Origin: Catajapyx aquilonaris
Taxonomy: Eukaryota
Length of the DNA stretch: 32,081 bases
Direction: 5' to 3'
Assembly (NCBI GenBank): GCA_000934665.2
Contig: JYFJ02004447.1
Coordinates: 1-32,081 of the forward strand
In this document: positions 23,930-32,081 of the stretch, piece after piece
Numbering within the stretch: position 1 is the stretch's first letter
How the letters are laid out: every line of letters begins with the position of its first letter
The notes under the pieces: model-generated
The model's input: the letters and a program-made list of their open reading frames with translations, nothing else
Database searches by the model: none
What the model was told of the DNA's origin: nothing
Program-made: the position numbers and the translations under genes

Positions 23930-24344
23930 ATTATATTTTTCGAAAAACTTCAGAAGCGATTTTCTCAAAAATAGCTTCTATCTAGCAGTTCTTGTATAGT
24001 TTGTTGTAATCAGAGTAATTATCCCTTTCCAATGATGTAATGAAATGTCTGCTTTTTTGAGTGGGATATCTGAAACTTCGTTCCTAAGCTAAGCTGTTCG
24101 GGCTGACACCAAAAGGTCATAACTTTTGACCTTGTAGCACAAGGCCAAAACTGTTGTATTTTGATTAATGACTTACCTGCCTCTATTACTGTGCCAAGTT
24201 TCATTCAGCAACTCCATGTACAATGCGTGACCTTCCCTTGTAAGATGAGAGAAAAACTTCAGACATTTCTTAGCATTTACATATGTCTACAAGTTTTCAA
24301 GTTATAGGGTTTTAAAATTGGGACAGTCTTTTTCGATGACCCTG
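23930..24344. mobile_element. Truncated Tc1/mariner-type MITE (one terminus visible)
   Basis: The right end, reverse-complemented, reads TA-CAGGGTCATCGAAAAAGACTGTCCCAATTTT. Internal ATGAAACTTGGCACAG-type motifs are common in such MITEs. The left end was not found, so the start is approximate. Confidence 0.45.
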
Positions 24345-25159
24345 TATAGTACAGCATGAATCCCTTTCCAAATGTTGCGTCAGTTACGGTGGAATTACCC
24401 CAAGTGTATTCTTTTCACTGTGGTGCAAGATATTCTTGTGCCCAAAGCAGATAAAAGACACAGCATCCTGAAGTGATTGTAAGGCCATGAGATTTGAGAA
24501 AAATTGGAGACAAAACTCTGAATATTGACAGAAATAAGCCAGCAAGAATGCTCAATTGTAGAAATTTAACTTTTTCTCCACACATGTTGAGTCAGGTAGG
24601 GATACACCCTTCCTGAGCTCTCAATTCCCTGTAAAGCCTGGCCTGTTTAGACTCCACCCATGAGTACTGAGAGTTCCTTTCCTGGAAACATAAGGTTTGT
24701 CAATATATTTTAATTCCAGGTGCTGCCAATGATGCTTTGATAGAGGGCACCAAGGAGCTTGGTGATGGGTTGCAGAATACTTGTGCAGGGAGCAGTAACT
24801 CAAGTGATAACAGCAGTCAACATGCCAATAGGTCTTTGTGGTGTTGAAGTATTAGGTTTTGCAAGTGAAAAGGACTGATGATAATATGTCATTGCAGGAA
24901 GAGATCTCTGAGGTCCCATACCCTTGAGGACTCGGGAAGTTCCAGCAAGCAAGTAAGAGTGAATGAGGAAACATGCGATGGGAAAAACCATGATGATATT
25001 GAACCCAAAGGACCTTACATTTGCTTTAGCGTTCCGTAAGAAACAATAGTAATTTTATACTTTTTTTAAAGAATCCCTTCCAGGATGGATTTGGTGATGT
25101 AACATGATAATTTTTATTGGAACTTGTTGTTAATGATAGTACAGCAAAACCTCGATATG

Positions 25160-25643
25160 CGAGGGTCAGTCAATGAATTATTATCGGCCTGGCATAGAAG
25201 TAGTTGATGTATAAGGACATGCTGAAACTACTAAATTGTAGGGGATTGCATAATTATTCCACTGGTGGTATTGACACTTGAGATGAAGGTGTGGGTTCTT
25301 CTTACGATGGAGAATATCCACACCTCACGCGTCGCACTGTCATTGTCACTGGCAAAACGAGTACCATGCAGGATCATTCATCTTTGGGAATGGGGTAGTC
25401 CAGAGTAGTCAGAGGAAGTCTAATCCCGGGGATGGGGAAGCAGTTCAAAGCCACGTCAGTGACTGTTAGAAGAGCCCACACTTTCACCCATCTCAAATGT
25501 TCCAATACTCCCAGTGGGATTATGCAATCAGAACGAAACGTAGCAGGTGCTGTTCTAGAGAGTGCCACTACAATTTAGTGGCAGCATGTCTTTGTATGTT
25601 AACTCCTTTTATGTCAGGCTGAAAATGCATTGACTGACCCTCA
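25160..25643 (-). mobile_element. Internally deleted mariner element nested in the Tigger-like TIR
   Basis: TIRs (C/T)GAGGGTCAGTCAATG at both ends, flanked by TG (decayed TA) and TA. Minus strand 25339-25390 reads FPKMN./LHGTRFASDND, similar to the mariner C-terminal FxxLKxxLxGxRFxSxxE motif. Confidence 0.75.
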
Positions 25644-25816
25644 TAATGCTCTTGAAGGGACTGCCCAAACGTACCGTTATAAGTGGGAATTCATTATATG
25701 TGGGAAAAGTGATTTAATTCATACTTTTCTCAGGAAATAAATGCCTTCACTGTTGTTATCTATGTGGATGATCATACAAGTAAACCAAGTTAACATTTAT
25801 CTGACCTGCCCACGTA

Positions 25817-27855
25817 CAGTGCTGGACAAATTAGCCATCGCTGAATGTTTTTTTTCCGTCGGCGACGGCGCTGCGTTACCTGGCAACCCCATCCGGCGGG
25901 CCAATTCAAACATCGGCACATGGAGAGTGCTTCCATTGTTGCCGCTGTTTACAAATCGAGTGAGTGACGCGGACGACCCAGCGACGGGTCTCTTCTGCCT
26001 GCTTACACATCAGTAGCAAGGGATACGCAGGAGAAAACGGGAAAATAATGATGTTAGAAGCAAACCACGTTGGGAAGATCCTGGACTCAAAGAGAGGTTT
26101 TCGTCCACAGCACACGAAATACAATATTCCACCCCTGAGGAGGGGGTGTCAATTAAGATCAGGGGTGTGCTCATTGAAAGTGCGTCAACTGACGGATTCT
26201 TTTGGTTTTTGTCTTTATTCTGCATACTTCGACACCTCTAAGACGAACGGAGACCATGCCCCGTATGTCAGACACCACGTCAGTCTCGTAATTTGTCCCC
26301 AAAGACGTCATATCTCAAAATGGCTTCTGTCATGCCGCCTACGGCATAACAAGGACTTAATTACGATATTAAGTGGCATTTAATTACACACTTAATAACC
26401 CTAAAATTATTACAGTTTATTGAAAACACGCGTCTAAATTAACCTAGAGAATGGGCTAGGCAGCACGGAATCTATAAAGCAGTAGACTCCCTGGCGCCAG
26501 TAATCTATACAAAAAGAGCCATTAGAGTCCAAGCGCAGTGGAAGGGATAAGAAACTTACAGCATCAATATGATACACTCATTTCGGGATGCAAGAATCAG
26601 ATTAATACAGTTGTGAAAATACAGGACCCCACCCCAAACCGGGCACTATAAAAGCAGGTCCGAGTCATAGAATCAAACAGAAAGAGAGACACAGAGACAG
26701 AGAAAATCAGAGAAGCAGCAGACGCAGATCAGACGCAAGTCAGGCAGTAATCAGGTAAGCCAGCCATGTTGCAAAATTTCCAGTTGCATTTATTTTACTT
26801 TTCGTGCAACCATAGGTTGAAGTGTAATGTGCATGATTATGGCATACGGATGTAAAAGTATATGTAGTCATTCCATTTAGTAATGAGCAGAATTGTAGAC
26901 GTTGTTGTTGATGTTATAATATGTGGAAAAGAAGTATTATTGGACTTGTGAACTATGTATGTATGTATGAAGCTTATTATGTGTGTAATAGTGAAATGTA
27001 ACGTGATGATATAACACAGAGCCTTACGTGGCTGCATTAAATAGGTTATTTGAAGTCATTCCCCGACATTATTTATTTCCGCTGATACCCGACGCAAATA
27101 CCTCTACCTAACTTAAGTTCGAACCCGTACCTGCGTTGGTTCGACACTTCCGCTGCTCCGCATATACGAGTAAGTGTCGTTCGCGTCATATTCACGCCAG
27201 GAAGAGATACACGGCGAACGCTTGTTGCAGGTGTTCATATTATTGTGTCCAACCCCTGTACGTGTCATGTTAGTCATGTATCTCTTCCTGGTGTGAATAT
27301 GACATGATGAACGACAAGTACTCGTATAAATATGCGGAACAGCGGAAGTCATTTTGAGATATGACGTCTTTGGGGACAAATTACGAGACTGACGTGGTGT
27401 CTGACATACGGGGCATGGTCTCCATTCGTCTTAGAGGTGTCGAAGTACGCAGAATAAAGACAAAAACCAAAAGAATCCGTCAGTTGATGCACTTTCAATG
27501 AGCACACCCCTGATCTTAATTGACACCCCCTCCTCAGGGGTGGAATATTGTATTTCGTGTGCTGTGGACGAAAACCTCTCTTTGAGTCCAGGATCTTCCC
27601 AACGTGGTTTGCTTCTAACATCATTATTTTCCCGTTTTCTCCTGCGTATCCCTTGCTACTGATGTGTAAGCAGGCAGAAGAGACCCGTCGCTGGGTCGTC
27701 TGCGCCACTCACTCGATTTGTAAACAGCGGCAACAATGGAAGCACTCTCCATGTGCCGATGTTTGAATTGGCCCGCCGGACGGGGTTGCCAGGTAACGCA
27801 GCGCCGTCGCCGACGGAAAAAAAACATTCAGCGACGGCTAATTTGTCCAGCACTG
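25817..27855. mobile_element. Palindromic Tc1-like MITE (~1216 bp without its LTR insert; arms ~570 bp)
   Basis: TA-CAGTG...CACTG-TA termini. 25817-26322 and 27350-27855 are 506-bp inverted repeats with 7 mismatches by hand comparison. The arm continues after the LTR (27147-27213 versus 27277-27348). Confidence 0.92.
26328..27146 (+). mobile_element. Solo LTR (819 bp), Gypsy-type 4-bp TSD
   Basis: Starts TGTC and ends GACA, flanked by the duplicated CTTC (26324-27 and 27147-50) that is single in the opposite MITE arm. Contains TATAAAAG at 26647 and ATTAAA at 27036. Confidence 0.85.
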
Positions 27856-29083
27856 TACCAGGTAGACCCCAAGAGTAACCCCTGAAGTAGGCCTACCCAA
27901 AGCAATAGTAACTAACCAGGGTCACAGTTAATATGAGCTGCCTCTCCGCAATGTTCTCATGTTTTAACACTTGGCAACAAGGCCCACCTTACACCTTCTC
28001 ACAATGGCCCACATACCTTCAAGGAGTATGGGAAATAATGCCTAATTTCAAGATCACCCTGGCCTTCCCCTGTGGGTCTCATGCCACACCCTGCCAGGAC
28101 TCAGCAAGCCTATCAGCTCAGCAGAGCCTCCCTGCCATTGCCATATCATTGCCAGCCCCCCTCTTCTCCTCCAGTCTGTCCCCGAAGGCTCTTCTCTCCC
28201 CAAACCAAACTTCAGCCAGCAGTGTGGCCTTCAAGCCCTGTATACATGATGTGCCTTTTGACACAATATGCGGGATGAAGTTTATCTGGGAACCAGGGAA
28301 GCCTAGCAATATTCAGTATATGCGGGAAAACATTATAAGTGGAAAGTGTTATAAGCAGAAAAATTTACCATTGGCCCTAATGGGGCTGATCAACGGACCG
28401 GAAAAAAGGGTGCTAAAAGCAGTTTAGAGTTATATGTGGGAGCATTATATTGAGGTTTTACTGTACCAGTTTGTAAAAAAGTGGAACTCACTTTTTAAAC
28501 ATCTGTTCTCTGAATAATGAAAACCTAGGCTTGAAAGTTAAGAATTTGCAATTTATTCGCAGTGGAAATGGCCATGGGAGGTGCTGAGAACCCAGCAGAA
28601 TTATAATTGCAATTTTTATGGCAATGGTAGGTGGTGATGATCAATTTTTTGAGTGGAATATTGTTTATTTTAACCTATATTGAATAAAATAAATGGTGGT
28701 TGAACATGGTGGCAACTCCTCATGTGGGTATTACCGTGGGAAATCGCGCATTTTCACATTTTTAATTGATTTGAAATTATTGTTTTTGAATAATATCATC
28801 ATCATCATCATCCTTCACGGCTTTTTCCCAAGAGACGGGATATGCTATGCAAAATGTTAGATATCATCTGCAATTGTCTTAAATATGAAAATGAACCCAG
28901 GTTTGTATCACCTTCTGTGGGCATTTTAATGGGAAAGAATTGCAAATTCTCAACATTGAAGCCCATTCTTTCACTATTCAGTGAACAGCTATTTTTAAAA
29001 TGAGTTTCATTTTTTCAAATAACTTATTATTAGGAACAACTTCCAAGAAAAATTATTGTGGTAAGCTACACTGCAAAATCAAT

Positions 29084-29757
29084 GGGGAAGTAGCCTTGGT
29101 CTGGGATTTGGGATTTTTGTTAATAACTAGCTAGCCCATGCCTGTAAACACACATTCCATCACTCTGTTGCATCAAAATGACATTACTGGATAAATTATG
29201 GCATATTTAAAAGTGCCTTGAAAATTGGCGGGAAAAACGGGGCAGCCGGGTGGTGCCAATCGAAAGGGTACACTGAAATGCCTGGTTGACTGCGAGATAT
29301 GAGGAATTTGACTTTGAATTAACCGCGGACACGACGGAAAGCATTCGCAAGGCGGCTGTAGGCCATCGAGGTGGAGAAGGGGGGCCTTCATGTGCCGAAT
29401 TCGGGTGACAGATAATTCCTACCAGTTGGCACCACTGTCAGCCCAGAAGCGATTTGAGCGGCCTGGAATAAATACGCGCCCCGGCCGCTATCTTGCTCAC
29501 GGAATGGGACGGTTGCTAACAACAGCGAAGCATTTTACGACAATGACGGGGCGCGTTCTATAACACCATTTTTGCGTTCATTTCACTACGCGTGACGTCA
29601 ACATTTTCAAGGCAAACAGTGACGTCACCATTTGCCTACATAAAAACCCCAATTACTCCGGAACTGAAACTGATATCTTAAAACGGAATATGCCAAAAAA
29701 ATCCACAAAATATGGGCGAATTTATTATGTAGTTTCCAAAATGAAGGCTACTTCCCC
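29084..29757. mobile_element. MITE with GGGG...CCCC termini and an apparent AT TSD (ISL2EU/Harbinger-like)
   Basis: Perfect 17-bp inverted repeat AATGGGGAAGTAGCCTT (29081-97) / AAGGCTACTTCCCCATT (29744-60). The interior is CpG-rich relative to the flanks. Confidence 0.6.
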
Positions 29758-29797
29758 ATTCTGGAAGACATCCTTCAGATAAAGATCATCCTCTTTT

Positions 29798-30030
29798 GAG
29801 GAATTACAGCTACTGATTTCAAGACTGATATAAAGTAACATAGACTTACTGGAAATGCAGGGATGTTCCTGGCATGACTCCTGTCATGAAGGCAGTGAGG
29901 GCTGGCCACTATGAAGTTGTGGAAACTTTTGTGGAAGCTGGAGCAGATTGCAGTGTGCTGGAGGAATTATGGAACTATTTACCCCTCCATTGGACAATGA
30001 CCACTAAGAATAACAGGCAAGTAACCAAAA
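29798..30030 (+). pseudogene. Ankyrin-repeat gene fragment (probably a pseudogene)
   Basis: RDVPGMTPVMKAVRAGHYEVVETFVEAGADCSVLEELWNYLPLHWT fits the ankyrin consensus D..G.TPL..A...GH.EVV..L...GAD...PLH.A. The upstream continuation EELQLLISRLI*SNIDLLE contains a stop and needs a 1-nt frameshift. Confidence 0.6.
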
Positions 30031-30340
30031 GGCAGCCTCAGGTGTTCCTGTATCCAGTATTGTAGGGCCCCTTTTTGATTACCCATCTTTTTCGAGGAAG
30101 GTTCTGCAGAGAAAATTTTTTGGCATGTAGTGATGAACATGCGAAAGGCTAAAGGGGTTCAAAGTGTGCACCTAGGGTGTATTTACAAGCCTTTGGCAGC
30201 TTGGATTGCAGCTAATAAATTTTTTTAAATGGGATTGAATGCTCAACTGTTGCAATGGGGACAGATAGATAATAATTGGGCCTGAAATTTTTAAAATGCA
30301 TTACCCTCATTTTAATGTCCTTTCAACTTATCCCAACAAC

Positions 30341-30634
30341 CAGCACCAGATTTACGGCAAGGCAACCTAGGCAGTTGCCTAGGGTGGTGGATTTCAAGGG
30401 GTGGCATTTAGGCAAACAAAAAAAAACAAAAAAAAACGAAGAATTAATAACAAATAATATATTACACCACTGGAAGCAGCGCCGGATTTACCATTAGGCA
30501 GAGTAGGCAATTGTCTAGCGGCAGCCGCGAGTTGCAATAAATATTTTTCAAATAGGCTACAATAATAGGAAATAGAGGCCATATCATTGAAGAATTCAAA
30601 ATTTTCTCTACGGGATACCCAGCACCGGATTTGC
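30341..30634 (+). repeat. Three copies of a hAT-MITE-like terminal motif
   Basis: CAGC(A/G)CC(A/G)GATTT occurs at 30341, 30477 and 30620. The first two continue into AGGCA...TAGGCA.TTG.CTAG. No matching right TIR or 8-bp TSD was found. Confidence 0.4.
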
Positions 30635-32081
30635 CACTGTGATATACATTATGCGAGCTTATGCTGTGTGTTCATTGTGGGTTTTGTATCTGCAACATTA
30701 ACTGTCCGTCTTGTGGCACTGCAGACCAATGTTAAATTGTGTCTTTGCCGAGCCCCAAGCTCACGCTGAGATCTAATTGTGCTTTTGTGTTCGATTGATT
30801 TGTTTATGCACCTAGGATGCGTCTCCCTTGGCAACAGGTGTTCCAAAAACAACCAAGCTCAGTGAACTCAGTGAAGCTCAGCGACTTCAATGAATTGACT
30901 CCGTAGCAAATTGACCAGCAGCCAGTTGCACGGCAGTGAAAAGTCGTAGATTCACTCGTGCCAATTCTTTGCACTCATAATGGAGGCCTATCTGTTGCGA
31001 TTGCTCATTCTCTTGAGAGTCACTATTTTAACCCTTTGTCTGCCGCAGCCTTGTTGGTTGCATTATAATGCAACCAAACAAAAGAATTTTTTAAAATTCT
31101 CTGGTATAACCCCAATGGAAATTTCTTTCACCATAGAAACGAGAAGAGTTACCTAAGGCTATGTTCATGAGTATTTATGCCACTCGCGTGATATTTTTAA
31201 TGGCACGACGCCATAGGCCAAAGGTCTCCTTCATAGTAAACAAACACTGCACGAATTTAAAGAGACATAGCTCCCTGCCGCATATTTCTCGGTAAGTGGA
31301 CATGCCGCTGAAAACCCTGTGAAAACCATTAAAAAATTCTCGAAACTCTGTCACTTTTCGCCGGGGGAAAAAATCAGAACGATCTGTGAAGGGTAGGCAA
31401 ACTCCCCCGGCGCCGTTGTGGCCATGAAAGTGGCCTTGCTCCTAATTGGCAGGGCGGACTGCCCCGAGCTCTGGGCATTACCAGCTCGCCACCTAAGCCA
31501 CCTTTTTTTGCACCTGGTGACTCACATTACCTCCTTTTAAACTGGACCTTTAAAATTTGTTAAAACAAAAAAATAATGTTTTCATAATTTATCAGAGGGA
31601 CTGGGAAATCATATAGAATTATCTTGGATTTTTTCAAGGGGCGGAAGCCATCTGAAGAAAACCGCGTAAGTGTCACAATAGGATGAAGTCACCTTCTTGC
31701 GCATAGCATATGAGGCGATATATCCTCCTGAGACCTGAGAAGAATTTTTTAACGCAATGTCAGTTCCTATTGCATTTTCTGAACATGTTCCCAATAAGAA
31801 ACAAGAAAAAAATTTTAGTTTTAAAATATCGACAAAAATGGCGACAAACAACCAATGGGAACATTAGGACCCAATTGGTGTTACAAAAGCAGAACGGATG
31901 AAAGCTGAAAATTGAAATACCCCTTAATGGATCACTCACATAGTGCTCTATCCTCCAAACAATGTTTTTAAAATTCATTTGTGGAATTAGTGGTAGCAAT
32001 TCCTCTCAGAAGACAATTAAAGATAAATGAAATCATTTTTGAACGCCACCACTCCAGGCATGGGGCTTGCTCCTTCCCTTC

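Larger units (their letters stand above)
25142..28463. mobile_element. Tigger/pogo-like MITE (~795 bp once nested insertions are removed)
   Basis: TA TSDs at 25140-41 and 28464-65. Excising the mariner insert rebuilds the left TIR CAGCAAAACCTCGATATAATGCTC, which matches the right TIR (reverse complement CAGTAAAACCTCAATATAATGCTC) at 22/24. Confidence 0.8.

Noticed and set aside
25964..27708. Twin 139-aa and 119-aa ORFs on opposite strands
   Set aside because: They are mirror translations of the 506-bp inverted arms and show no transposase or other recognisable motif.
27933..28427. 164-aa plus-strand ORF
   Set aside because: It lies inside the Tigger-like MITE, is Ser/Pro-biased, and has no recognisable domain or supporting splice structure.
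21232..32081. Upstream Ror exons (signal peptide, Ig domain, first half of the CRD)
   Set aside because: No minus-strand segment with recognisable Ig/CRD residues was found by eye. They are presumed to lie beyond the window, although a small exon could have been missed.

Overview
Eukaryotic, intron-containing DNA, almost certainly arthropod (probably insect). There are no prokaryotic operons or CRISPR arrays. Three protein-coding genes can be reconstructed with canonical GT-AG introns and consistent phases. (1) A complete 7-coding-exon ELOVL very-long-chain fatty acid elongase on the minus strand (1540-4544, 304 aa). (2) An uncharacterised 4-exon plus-strand gene (14841-16065, 250 aa, basic) carrying motifs reminiscent of ciliary/sperm microtubule-associated proteins, with a duplicated hairpin element in two consecutive introns. 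(3) The 3' four exons of the receptor tyrosine kinase Ror on the minus strand (18812-21231: part of the Fz-CRD, kringle, TM, kinase, tail). I could not find the upstream Ror exons, so 21232-32081 is interpreted as a large Ror intron. That region is packed with transposons: a pogo-type MITE with a Brinker-DBD remnant, an Academ-like fold-back element built from ~290-bp modules, and a three-level nest. In the nest, a Tigger-like MITE holds a mariner remnant and a palindromic Tc1-like MITE, which in turn holds a solo LTR with a 4-bp TSD. An AT-TSD MITE and an ankyrin-repeat pseudogene fragment follow. Elsewhere there are tRNA-derived SINEs, a decayed Gypsy pol remnant and microsatellites. All identities and counts are hand-derived from the sequence; no database searches were run.
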